Assembly (NCBI GenBank): GCA_015232575.1
Contig: JADFZL010000018.1
Coordinates: 66,264 to 130,263 of the forward strand
Origin: Candidatus Rifleibacteriota bacterium
GTDB lineage: Bacteria; Muiribacteriota; Ozemobacteria; Ozemobacterales; Ozemobacteraceae
DNA length: 64,000 nucleotides
Direction of reading: 5' to 3'
The notes under the pieces were generated by a model, which saw only the letters and a list, made by a program, of their open reading frames with translations, was not told the origin of the DNA and ran no database searches. This document shows, piece by piece, positions 1 to 8,959 of the stretch (within the stretch, counting starts at the first letter, position 1; each line of letters opens with the position of its first letter). The position numbers and the translations under genes were made by a program.

Positions 1-377
1 TTGTTGAAGGTGGAATTCCGCTGGTAGAATCACTCAAAGTTGTTCTTCAGTCAATCGGAAATGTTGTAATAAAAGACAGGCTTAATCCGCTTTCTGAACT
101 GCTGAATAAAGGCGATTCCTTTTCGGCTTCTTTGAGAAAAATACCAGAGATTCCTCTTGCATTGACAAAAATGGTGCATGTCGGAGAAGAATCGGGAAAC
201 CTTCCGGAAATGCTTAACGGTCTGGCAGACCACTACGACGAAGAGATTGATGAATTAACAACAACACTGACATCTCTGATTGAGCCGGCATTGTTTCTGT
301 TTCTTGCTTTGATAGTTGGTTCTATAATTATTGCACTTCTGCTGCCGGTGCTTTCTGCAGCATCAAATATAAGATGA
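1..377 (+). CDS. Type II secretion / type IV pilus platform protein, GspF/PilC family. C-terminal part only; the gene starts upstream of the window.
   Basis: The in-frame translation from position 3 reads ...GIPLVESLKVVLQS...GEESGNLPEMLNGLADHYDEEIDELTTTLTSLIEPALFLFLALIVGSIIIALLLPVLSAASNIR. This is a typical T2SSF C-terminal domain ending in a TM helix. It lies directly upstream of the GspE ATPase. Confidence 0.7.
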   Translation, partial: VEGGIPLVESLKVVLQSIGNVVIKDRLNPLSELLNKGDSFSASLRKIPEIPLALTKMVHVGEESGNLPEMLNGLADHYDEEIDELTTTLTSLIEPALFLFLALIVGSIIIALLLPVLSAASNIR

Positions 378-401
378 AAATTTAGAAATAAGAGAAATAA
401 C

Positions 402-2291
402 GTGAATTTGTACAAACACTTTCTTGTTGAAAACGAGTTAATTTCAAGTAAAGATGCCGCCGAACTTGAAAAAAATGCGACTTCTGAAAATAAGGCTTTT
501 TTTGATGCAGTCCTTGATTCTGCAAAAGTTGACGAAAAGAAACTTAAAAAAGCTTTTGTACGATCTTTCAAACGCAAACCCTTTTATCAGGTTCTGATCG
601 AACAAAATCTTATCACACTTGACGAACTTAAAAAGTTCGAAAATGTACTTGGGGGAATTCCTTCAAATCTTGGAAACATTCTCGTTGAAAAAAAAATAGT
701 TTCAGAAGAAGATTGCGCTCGAGCTCTGGCAAAGGAACTCGACCTGCAATTTGTAGATCTGACATCCTTCAAAATTGATGAAAAAGTTTTCAATTCAGTA
801 GACCTGGCATTGATGAGAGATTTCAGCTTTATTCCAGAAAGCAGAAACGACAGCGAGATAGTTCTGATTATGGCAGAACCTGGAAATGTTGATCTGATCG
901 AAGACCTGGAATTACGAATCGGTCTGCCAATTGTTCCAAAAATTTCAACTGCAAAAGCAATTCAGCGACTGATTGCACTCATGGTTGAAACCAGTCTTGA
1001 TTCAAAGATGGTTTTCTCTGACCTTGATTCAGTTCCAAAACTTGAGCTTATAGAAGAAAAAGAAACAGATGAATCGCAATCGACTGCTTCAATTCCGCAG
1101 GTGCTTGGCGAAGAAGCCCCTGTAATAAGGCTTGTAGACTCTATTATTCTAAAAGCTGTCCGAAAAAGAGCAAGCGATATTCACTTCGAAGTTTATGAAT
1201 CACAACTCAAAGTAAAATACCGAATCGACGGAGTATTATTCGAGATCCTATCTGATGTTGAACCAAGATTTCGCGGAGCAGCAATTTCAAGACTTAAAGT
1301 TATGGCACAACTTGATATTGCTGAAAAAAGAGTCCCTCAAGATGGCAGGTTCAAATTGAAAATAGATGAACGATTTGTCGATTTCAGAGTCTCGGTTCTG
1401 CCATCAATTTTTGGAGAAACAGTTGTTTTAAGAATATTAGATAAATCAGCATTGGGGCTAGATTTGAAAAAAGTTGGCCTTGATGGAAATGATCTTATCA
1501 CCTTTCACCGGAATATTCGAAAACCTTACGGAATGATTTTAGTTGCTGGTCCAACGGGTTCGGGAAAAACAACTACGCTGTACTCAGCCATCAAAGCAAT
1601 TCACACACCTTCAGATAAATTTATTACAATTGAAGATCCGGTTGAGTACCAGTTGCCTGACATTGTACAAATTGCGGTTAACGAAAAAAAGGGGCTTACA
1701 TTCTCAGCGGGATTGCGCTCGATAGTAAGACAGGACCCCGATAAAATAATGGTAGGCGAAATCAGGGATCCGGAGACAGCCCAGATTGCTGTAAATGCTG
1801 CTTTGACAGGTCACCTTGTTCTTTCAACAATTCATGCAAATAATGTTACTGACGCAATTTCAAGACTGATAAACATGCGCATTGATCCGTATGAATTCGT
1901 TTCATCATTCAATCTTATCCTCTCACAGCGCCTCATCAGAAAAATCTGTCCAAGTTGCAAAATAATCGATGAAACAATTTCTGAAGACCAGAAAAAACTC
2001 ACTCCCGATTTGAGCCTTCATTCAAAAGCGCAGTTTTTCAGGGGTTCCGGTTGCAGATTCTGTCATCAAACTGGTTATCAAAGCAGAACTGGCATTTTTG
2101 AGGTTGCAGAAATGTCTCCAAAAATCAAACAGATGATTCTGTCGAGAGCTTCACCTCTGCTTATTAAGAAAACAGCTATTGATGAAGGGATGGTTTCTCT
2201 CAGGCAGGCCGGCTGGAAAAAAGTTGAGGCTGGTGAAACCACATTCGAGGAAATGAACAGGGTAACATTTGAGGAGGGAATACTGGAATGA
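402..2291 (+). CDS. GspE/PilB-family secretion/pilus assembly ATPase with an N-terminal GSPII_E (MshEN-like) domain
   Basis: Walker A motif GPTGSGKTTT. Asp-box and His-box regions are present. A C-terminal tetracysteine motif (CPSCK...GCRFC) is present. An N-terminal GSPII_E-like segment reads LGNILVEKKIVSEEDCARALAKELDLQFVDL. GTG start. Confidence 0.85.
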   Translation: MNLYKHFLVENELISSKDAAELEKNATSENKAFFDAVLDSAKVDEKKLKKAFVRSFKRKPFYQVLIEQNLITLDELKKFENVLGGIPSNLGNILVEKKIVSEEDCARALAKELDLQFVDLTSFKIDEKVFNSVDLALMRDFSFIPESRNDSEIVLIMAEPGNVDLIEDLELRIGLPIVPKISTAKAIQRLIALMVETSLDSKMVFSDLDSVPKLELIEEKETDESQSTASIPQVLGEEAPVIRLVDSIILKAVRKRASDIHFEVYESQLKVKYRIDGVLFEILSDVEPRFRGAAISRLKVMAQLDIAEKRVPQDGRFKLKIDERFVDFRVSVLPSIFGETVVLRILDKSALGLDLKKVGLDGNDLITFHRNIRKPYGMILVAGPTGSGKTTTLYSAIKAIHTPSDKFITIEDPVEYQLPDIVQIAVNEKKGLTFSAGLRSIVRQDPDKIMVGEIRDPETAQIAVNAALTGHLVLSTIHANNVTDAISRLINMRIDPYEFVSSFNLILSQRLIRKICPSCKIIDETISEDQKKLTPDLSLHSKAQFFRGSGCRFCHQTGYQSRTGIFEVAEMSPKIKQMILSRASPLLIKKTAIDEGMVSLRQAGWKKVEAGETTFEEMNRVTFEEGILE

Positions 2292-3370
2292 GTTTTTTCA
2301 CCCAGTTTAACGTTCTTGATATCGGAACTCACAGCTTGAAATTCTTTTCGCTTGACTCCGGAAAATATAATCAGGGATATAAAATTCGGGACTGCTTTTC
2401 TGAAAATGTATCATCTGGTCTTATTGGCGGAGGTTTTACTAATCCGAAAATTTCTGATTTGTACAAGTTTCAGAACCTCCTGGAGCAGGGATTTTCAAAA
2501 GTTTCAAGATTCAGGGAAGGCTTCTTCATTGCAATTCCTGACAGATGGGTGAAATTCCAGATGCTTGAAACCGAATTGTCGGACGAAGAAATCGCTTCAT
2601 CAGAATACCTGCTGTGGAAATTGAAAAAGAAGCTCATGCCTGCACCGCTTCAATTTGATTGTGTCGTCGATTATCAGATTTTTTCTATCACTGAATCAAA
2701 TGGAAAAAAAACAGCAAAAATAATGGCTGGACTTATTCACAAAGATATTATTGAGGTTCTTTCGACAGTTTTCTGCAGACTTCGCGTCGAGGTAATTTCC
2801 TTTGATTCATCAACGATGGGAATATACAATCTTATCGAAGAAATGCATCCGGACATGAGTATCGACAGAAATCTTATTGTGTGTCACATTGGTCATGAAA
2901 CAACAAATATTAAAATATATGTCAAAGGCTTACTAGACTATGAACGTGTAATAGAAGTTGGCGGGGAATATTTCGGAAAAAAAATCAGTGAACTGGAAAA
3001 TATTTCCTACAGCGAAGCTCTTAAAATAAAAGAAACAACAAAATATTTTCCAGTAACCGGAAGAGAAATACTTTCTGCAGTAATGAGAAAGGGAATTATC
3101 GAAAAGATATTTGGAAACTGGCTCAGAGAGCTTCAGGTAACATTTAAATTTTATCAGGATAGAACGCGTATCTCAAAACTTCCTCAGATATTCCTTTCTG
3201 GAGGCTCATCTCAATTCTACGGACTGCCTGAATTTCTTTCAGAGTATTTCGAAACACCATGCACCCTTTTTAATCCATTCCGCGGACTTCCTCTTGACAA
3301 AAATCTCTCAGAAGATATTTTGCAGATGGGTCCAATGTTCGCACCCAGTCTTGGAATATTAGTAACATAA
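2288..3370 (+). CDS. PilM-like pilus assembly protein (actin-like ATPase fold)
   Basis: About 360 aa. The N-terminus NVLDIGTHSLKF resembles the PilM LGIDIGSSSIK motif. Its start overlaps the GspE stop by 4 bp (ATGA), and it precedes PilN/PilO-like genes. Confidence 0.55.
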   Translation: MSFFTQFNVLDIGTHSLKFFSLDSGKYNQGYKIRDCFSENVSSGLIGGGFTNPKISDLYKFQNLLEQGFSKVSRFREGFFIAIPDRWVKFQMLETELSDEEIASSEYLLWKLKKKLMPAPLQFDCVVDYQIFSITESNGKKTAKIMAGLIHKDIIEVLSTVFCRLRVEVISFDSSTMGIYNLIEEMHPDMSIDRNLIVCHIGHETTNIKIYVKGLLDYERVIEVGGEYFGKKISELENISYSEALKIKETTKYFPVTGREILSAVMRKGIIEKIFGNWLRELQVTFKFYQDRTRISKLPQIFLSGGSSQFYGLPEFLSEYFETPCTLFNPFRGLPLDKNLSEDILQMGPMFAPSLGILVT

Positions 3371-3374
3371 CAAT

Positions 3375-3953
3375 ATGAAACATCTTTTTAACTTTCTTCC
3401 GACTGAAAAATTCAGAGCAAAAAGTTCTTTCCTTTTCCGCCTGATTATTTCAATGCTTTATATTCTTCCTCTTTTGAAAGCAATGATAATCGGATACGAA
3501 TGGATGGAGCTGAGCAATCTTTCGCGAAATCTGGCATCATTTCAAAGTGCCATAGAAACACATGACAAACTAAATAGAAGTTCAACACAGTTTCCTGTAA
3601 AGGAAGTTCAATCGAAAAAGAATATTCTGATTGAAAAGCTGAAAAACTTCTACAGGGAAACCGGTCGAACTTTATTCTCATGGGACAATTTTTTCTCTGA
3701 TCTTGAAAAAGTTCTTCCCAACGACGCGAACATTCTTAGAATATCGATGAAGCCTGACTCTGCGCTTCTGGTAACAATTGAAGGAATGGCAGGAAGCGTA
3801 AAATGTGTTGCAGATTTCATGGATTCTCTGTTCAAACACGAACGTTTTCAGCATCCAGTGTTGATAAGACATGTATTACAACAGGACGAAAAAGATTCCG
3901 AAAAAAGAGATAGAATCAGATTTTACCTTGAGGTCAGATATTACTCAAGATAA
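3375..3953 (+). CDS. PilN-like bitopic membrane protein
   Basis: 192 aa with a single N-proximal TM segment (LFRLIISMLYILPLLKAMIIGY). Size and position after the pilM-like gene fit PilN. Confidence 0.4.
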   Translation: MKHLFNFLPTEKFRAKSSFLFRLIISMLYILPLLKAMIIGYEWMELSNLSRNLASFQSAIETHDKLNRSSTQFPVKEVQSKKNILIEKLKNFYRETGRTLFSWDNFFSDLEKVLPNDANILRISMKPDSALLVTIEGMAGSVKCVADFMDSLFKHERFQHPVLIRHVLQQDEKDSEKRDRIRFYLEVRYYSR

Positions 3954-4115
3954 AAGATATAAGCTGTCCGCAGATTTTCAAGATCAAGAAATAGAAAGAT
4001 AAAGGAAAAGAAAAAAGAAAAGATTTTTGTCCGCAGATTACACAGATTACGCAGATTTTCATGATCAAGATTTGGATTTGGAAGTTGGATATATGAAAAG
4101 AATTGCTTATTTTGC

Positions 4116-4216
4116 TGTCATTTCGACCGAAGGGAGCAATTTCTTAGCATTAGCGTCGAGTTTGTACATGGCTTTACATGATTTTTCTGAGATCTCTCCC
4201 TTCTGTCGAGATGACA
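4116..4216. other. Long imperfect inverted repeat: 21-bp arms with 2 mismatches (4116-4136 and 4196-4216) around a 59-nt loop. Candidate structured RNA or regulatory element.
   Basis: 5' arm tgtcatttcgaccgaagggag. 3' arm ctcccttctgtcgagatgaca. It sits in an unusually long 343-bp non-coding gap between the pilN-like and pilO-like genes. Confidence 0.4.
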
Positions 4217-4296
4217 ATGAATAAAGTATTTACATATCAAAAAACGGTTCCACCCGTATTAAACAACAGTTTTTTTAATAGCATGGAGAAAAAGTT

Positions 4297-4836
4297 GTGA
4301 TTAACGTTACTGAGCAAAAAGAATTGCGCGAGAAATCGGTTCTTCCGCTTATTCTCGGTTGTCTGATATTTATGTTCTCTTTTTACCTGTTTACGAACGA
4401 AAAGGCAGAAATCGCTGAGTCTGAAAAAAGTATCGATTCAGTATTGAAAAAGTTCAGAAAAACAGTTTCTCAGAAAATTGAGTATGATCGCCTTGTTGAA
4501 AGCTGTTTAATGCTTGATTCAAAAATGAAGGAATTTGAAAATTCTCTTCCAGCGGAATCTTCAATTCCGCAGATAATTACTTCAGTCGCATCGTTGTCGT
4601 CTGAAGCCGGGCTGACATTGTCTTCAGTTAATTATTCAATTAAGCGCGAGGAAGAAGCCAGAAAGGAATTCTTTCCGTGGTTGAAAATGGAAACCGATCT
4701 TTCCGGCGAGTACCATCTTCTAAGAAAATTCATTAAATCGCTTGATTCATACAATGTATTTCCAGTTGAAATTACTCTTACATCTGAAAAGAAATATCGC
4801 GTAAAACTTCTGAAAATGTTGAGACCTGAGGCATGA
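4297..4836 (+). CDS. PilO-like bitopic membrane protein
   Basis: 179 aa, GTG start, N-terminal TM segment (VLPLILGCLIFMFSFYLF). Position in the pilM-N-O order. Confidence 0.4.
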   Translation: MINVTEQKELREKSVLPLILGCLIFMFSFYLFTNEKAEIAESEKSIDSVLKKFRKTVSQKIEYDRLVESCLMLDSKMKEFENSLPAESSIPQIITSVASLSSEAGLTLSSVNYSIKREEEARKEFFPWLKMETDLSGEYHLLRKFIKSLDSYNVFPVEITLTSEKKYRVKLLKMLRPEA

Positions 4837-5459
4837 GTACAAAAATAAAAAATAAATCAAGACTTGATGTAGTAGACACAGAAATTCAGAAAAAGCACGA
4901 AAAGAAAGTACTTTTTTTTCTTCTTTTTCTGCTTTGTATTACATTTATTTATGAGTACCACAGTTCGTATTTCATCAGGGCACTTACTTCAATAAATGAA
5001 GTACCTGTTAATGATCGTATAAACAGAAAGTCCTGTAATGGTTATTCTGTAGCACAAAGCGTAGCTGTTGACTTTAAACAGGTTATTCATAAACTTTTTA
5101 AATCAGGTTTCAAGTCACAAAAACGTCTTGAATCTATTATTAATAACTTTGAAAAAGAAATTGAGACTTGCATTTTGAATCGTTCAAATAAAAACACCGG
5201 TCTTTCACAGTTAAAAACTGCAGTAGAACGCTTTTACTGGAATCTTTCAAACTTCGTATTGTTTTATTCCGAAAAAGATGAAAGCACTCTAATCAACGAA
5301 TTCATCAGGGAATCATCATCAAAACTGGCTCTGGTATTACCATTGAAATTCAACGAAACCGACTTCCTTTTGAATTGCAATTCCCAACAAATGAAATCAG
5401 AAAATACCTCCGACTTCAAGCGAGACATTTTCCAGGAAATTAAAATTTCTTCTCAATAG
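4833..5459 (+). CDS. Hypothetical membrane protein, last gene of the pilus operon (possibly PilP-like)
   Basis: 208 aa. One TM segment (VLFFLLFLLCITFIY). Start overlaps the upstream stop. No recognisable motif. Confidence 0.3.
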   Translation: MSTKIKNKSRLDVVDTEIQKKHEKKVLFFLLFLLCITFIYEYHSSYFIRALTSINEVPVNDRINRKSCNGYSVAQSVAVDFKQVIHKLFKSGFKSQKRLESIINNFEKEIETCILNRSNKNTGLSQLKTAVERFYWNLSNFVLFYSEKDESTLINEFIRESSSKLALVLPLKFNETDFLLNCNSQQMKSENTSDFKRDIFQEIKISSQ

Positions 5460-5487
5460 TTTCTGGCATTTTCCAAAGCCTGCGCAA

Positions 5488-7380
5488 TTAAACCCTGAAG
5501 ATATCCATAAATAGCCTTGCGTTGAGAAGGTTGAAGACGAATTTACTCAGATGGTTTGGATAATAATCCTGGTCAAGCAGTTTTGTGAGTTTTTCAGTAT
5601 TGAGAAGTTCAAACACCGGGTTATCTTTTTTCAAAAGATATTCCTGAAATGACTTGTCTTTCAAATCAATAATCGAATTAATCGAAGCATTAAAACCTTT
5701 TTTTCTTCTGTCCAGCCTGACTTTGTCATTTAAAATACCTTTGACTGACTCTCTCAGAATGTATTTCGCGTACCCATCACGAATGAGAAATTCCGGCGAA
5801 ACGGAAAACATATATGAGAAAAGCCGTGAATCAAGATATGGACTTCGGTTTTCCACTGAATATTTCATTGAATTCAGGTCTTCTTCATGAAGAACAACCG
5901 GAGTTGTTTCGACAAACAACTCGTTAAGCATCCTGTTTCTCAGAAGCGATTTACAATAACTGTTTTCAGAAAATTCAAGAGGAATTTTGTATTCAGATAA
6001 CAATTCGTTTTGAAAATCAAAGTATTCCAGAATCTCATTGCACCCATCGAAAATATGGTCCCTGAAATTTGGATTTTCGAAATACAATTCCGGATTCTGA
6101 AAAAATGGATTTCTTACCTTTGGAAGAATATTTTTCTGCCAGTCACTCAAGTATGACTGATAATCAGGATGCTTGCGCATTTCAAACAGATGCAGCAGAA
6201 AATGATCATAATAGCCGGTAAAAAATTCATCTGCGGCTGTTCCTGAAAAAGCTACTCTGAACCCTGAGTTTGAAATAGCTTCTGCCAGCATTGAATGAAC
6301 ATAATAAGTAATAGTGGCAATCGGGGAATCATGATATCTTATAAGCTCTCTCAGGCGGTTCAGATCGGGTCGGGGCGAAAGCAAAATCTGATGATTTGTA
6401 CAACCAATATCTGCAACAGTTTCATCGATGTTGTCTTTTTCATTGTATCTTTCATCCGAATCGATAATTGAAAAAGTTGTTATTTTTGAATTGAAACACT
6501 TTACAGCAATGGATGCAAGCGCAGAAGAATCGACACCACCGCTTAGACAGAATGCCAATGGTACATCTGAACGCAATCTGATTCTAACACTATCAAGAAG
6601 TTTTTCACGTACAACACCTGTTATTTCTTGTAGAGATACTTTTTTATCACCAGCAATTTCCCCTGAAGCACTTCCGGAAATGTCTGGTTCCCAGTATTTT
6701 TGAATTCTTAATTTCGCAGGAAATTCATTTTGTTCAAGGCTGATTGAAAGATTTTTCGCAGCGGGCAATTCATAAATATCATTAAAGAATTTATCCTCTG
6801 TTTTGTACAATGATTTATAGCCATAAATAAGATAACGCAAAATGTGGTTATAATTTATTTCAAGTTTTTTCTGAATAAGATTTCTGATAAACTTTACTTC
6901 TGATCCGAAGTAAAAACCATTCTGATCGGAATAGTAATACAATGGTTTTTCTCCGAATCGATCGCGTGAAAGGAACAGCTCATTTTTTTCGGCATCAAGT
7001 ATTGCAAAAGCCCACATTCCCTCAAATTTACCAACACACTTCTTTCCATAACGAATATAGCTGGTTAAAAGCACTTCAGTGTCGGAATTTGTGTGAAAAG
7101 CGCAGCCATCATTTTCGAGTTCTTTTCGAAGTTCAAGATAATTGTAAATCTCTCCATTAAAGATCAGAAAATAATTTCCAATCTGAAAAGGTTGATTTGA
7201 TCGAGCATCCAAATCAATAATAGAAAGCCTGCTATGCAAAAGACACAAATTTTTGCCACAAATATTTTTTCTGATCACTCCATGGCAATTCGGTCCCCTG
7301 CTGTACATCGATCCAAGAACAGTATCAAGAGTGAACTGTTCCAGATTATATCTGCCAAAATATCCCGCTATTCCGCACAT
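5488..7380 (-). CDS. asnB: Asparagine synthase (glutamine-hydrolysing) family amidotransferase, AsnB/PseA-like
   Basis: N-terminal MCGIAGYFG (class II glutamine amidotransferase nucleophilic Cys2). PP-loop CLSGGVDSS. 630 aa. Co-located with flagellin-modification genes, as PseA is in pseudaminic acid loci. Confidence 0.85.
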   Translation of the reverse strand: MCGIAGYFGRYNLEQFTLDTVLGSMYSRGPNCHGVIRKNICGKNLCLLHSRLSIIDLDARSNQPFQIGNYFLIFNGEIYNYLELRKELENDGCAFHTNSDTEVLLTSYIRYGKKCVGKFEGMWAFAILDAEKNELFLSRDRFGEKPLYYYSDQNGFYFGSEVKFIRNLIQKKLEINYNHILRYLIYGYKSLYKTEDKFFNDIYELPAAKNLSISLEQNEFPAKLRIQKYWEPDISGSASGEIAGDKKVSLQEITGVVREKLLDSVRIRLRSDVPLAFCLSGGVDSSALASIAVKCFNSKITTFSIIDSDERYNEKDNIDETVADIGCTNHQILLSPRPDLNRLRELIRYHDSPIATITYYVHSMLAEAISNSGFRVAFSGTAADEFFTGYYDHFLLHLFEMRKHPDYQSYLSDWQKNILPKVRNPFFQNPELYFENPNFRDHIFDGCNEILEYFDFQNELLSEYKIPLEFSENSYCKSLLRNRMLNELFVETTPVVLHEEDLNSMKYSVENRSPYLDSRLFSYMFSVSPEFLIRDGYAKYILRESVKGILNDKVRLDRRKKGFNASINSIIDLKDKSFQEYLLKKDNPVFELLNTEKLTKLLDQDYYPNHLSKFVFNLLNARLFMDIFRV

Positions 7381-8207
7381 GTTTTCACTGAATACTTGCC
7401 TTTGTTATCGATCTGAAGTTTTCCGAACGGCATATCGCAATCATGGGTAAAGAAAATTTTACCATTTTTATTAAGAATAAAATCAAGTATTTTCTTTTTC
7501 TCATCTATCAGCAATTCGGGATAACGATCGTATCCCATCGTAATTGGACAATGCACCCACGGCGAAGCTGGAATCAGATCTGAAATAAACACCGTTGGTG
7601 AATTATCCGGAGAAATAATTGATATGAGTAATCCAGGTGTATGCCCATTTGAAATTGAAAATCGAACTCCTGAAATTGGCGACTCTGAAGATTCAGTTGA
7701 AACAACAGTCAGCCTTCCGGAATCTTTCAGCATTTGATTCAATTCAGGAATATAAGACGCGCGATCCCGAAGATGCGGACTAAGCGCACGCTTGAACTGA
7801 ACATCACTCACAACGAATTTTGCTTTCGGAAAAAGCAGTTTGAAACTTCCGTCGCTCAGACGCTCAAGCAAACCGCCGGCATGATCAAAGTGAAGATGCG
7901 ACAGAACAACAAAATCAATTTCATCATGCGGAAAACCTTGTTTTTCAAGATTTTGTACAAGAACATTTTCCGCTTCAAGAACTCCATAACGTTCACGCAA
8001 TTTTTCTTCAAAAAAGTTCCCGATTCCAGCCTCAAAAAGAATCTTCCTGCCATCATCATCAACCATCAATAATCCGCGGCAGGCAAGTCGAATTCTATTT
8101 CTATCGTCTGGCTTCGCCCATTTCTGCCAAACTTCCCTCGGCGAGTTCCCAAACATGGCACCGCCATCGAGCTGTTGAACATTACCTTCTATTGAGTGTA
8201 AAATCAT
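7368..8207 (-). CDS. MBL-fold metallo-hydrolase
   Basis: HLHFDHAGG (HxHxDH) zinc-binding motif. 279 aa. Overlaps the asnB start by 13 bp, so they are co-transcribed. Confidence 0.8.
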   Translation of the reverse strand: MILHSIEGNVQQLDGGAMFGNSPREVWQKWAKPDDRNRIRLACRGLLMVDDDGRKILFEAGIGNFFEEKLRERYGVLEAENVLVQNLEKQGFPHDEIDFVVLSHLHFDHAGGLLERLSDGSFKLLFPKAKFVVSDVQFKRALSPHLRDRASYIPELNQMLKDSGRLTVVSTESSESPISGVRFSISNGHTPGLLISIISPDNSPTVFISDLIPASPWVHCPITMGYDRYPELLIDEKKKILDFILNKNGKIFFTHDCDMPFGKLQIDNKGKYSVKTCAE

Positions 8208-8280
8208 ATTTCCCTACCTGTAAAAAAGTTTCATAATTATACCACCGAAAAAGATTAGTGCATAGATTCTCAAAATATTT

Positions 8281-8310
8281 TTGACAAGAATTTTCCGGAT
8301 GTGATAAAAT
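8281..8310 (+). promoter_or_regulatory. Sigma-70-like promoter: TTGACA, about 16-17 bp, then TGTGATAAAAT (extended -10)
   Basis: ttgacaagaattttccggatgtgataaaat lies about 100 bp upstream of the small ORF at 8412. It is in a divergent intergenic region. Confidence 0.3.
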
Positions 8311-8411
8311 CACTATAACTGCTCTTATTAAGCCGAATTTGCATTAAAAGTGCGCGTGCTCTTGTTAAAAATATAGTTCTTGAGGTTAAATGAAAGGAAT
8401 TATCAATAATT

Positions 8412-8633
8412 ATGATTCAAACAATTGAAGCCGTGATAGGCGTTGATGGCAAAGTTCGTTTGTTGTCACCTCTCAGATTGCCTTACGCAAGACGAGCGCT
8501 CGTTACAATTCTTGAAGAGAAGCCTAACAAAGTTCTGCTCGATTCGACTCTTTTAAGTGAATCTGCACTAGCCGAAGACTGGAACAAAGCGGAGGAGGAC
8601 GAAGCTTGGTCACACCTTCAGCAGGAACAATAG
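8412..8633 (+). CDS. Small putative antitoxin-like protein (DUF104/AF2212-like fold suspected)
   Basis: 73 aa. MIQTIEAVIGVDGKVRLLSPLRLPYARRALVTILEE resembles small VapB-like antitoxins. A degraded MazF/PemK-like toxin reading frame follows immediately. Confidence 0.45.
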   Translation: MIQTIEAVIGVDGKVRLLSPLRLPYARRALVTILEEKPNKVLLDSTLLSESALAEDWNKAEEDEAWSHLQQEQ

Positions 8634-8958
8634 TTCTAGTTACTTTTCCATTTTCTGATTTATCAACGACAAAACTGTGACCCGCGCTGATAATTGCAAA
8701 TTCAGATAAAGGTGATTGGATTCTTTCTCAAATTACAAGCAAACCCTAATCTGATCCGAAAGCTATTACGCTGACAGATACAAGCTTTGAAACTGGTTCA
8801 TTGAGAATAACCAGTTACGTAAGGCCCGGAAAGCTTTTCACTGCAAATAGTGTCATTATGACAGAACAAGTTGGCAAGTTAAAAAATGAAATTCTGAAAA
8901 ACATAGTTGAGTCGATAATCACAATTTTGAAAAGTGGACTCGAAAACTAAGTGACTTT
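8634..8958 (+). pseudogene. Degraded MazF/PemK-family toxin gene with in-frame stop codons
   Basis: Translation reads VTFPFSDLSTTKL*PALIIANSDKGDWILSQITSKP*SDPKAITLTDTSFETGSLRITSYVRPGKLFTANSVIMTEQVGKLKNEILKN.... It matches MazF hallmarks (V-PFPFSD-S..K.RPALV...ITS) but has at least 2 internal stops. Confidence 0.6.
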
Positions 8959-8959
8959 T

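Noticed and set aside
4027-4224. 65-aa ORF in the pilN-pilO gap
   Set aside because: Asp-rich, no RBS, no motif. It coincides with the inverted-repeat structure and is more likely non-coding.
7234-8072. Plus-strand ORFs (7234-7416, 7253-7450, 7734-8072) and minus-strand 7856-8062 inside asnB and the MBL hydrolase
   Set aside because: Antisense or alternate-frame ORFs within confidently assigned genes.
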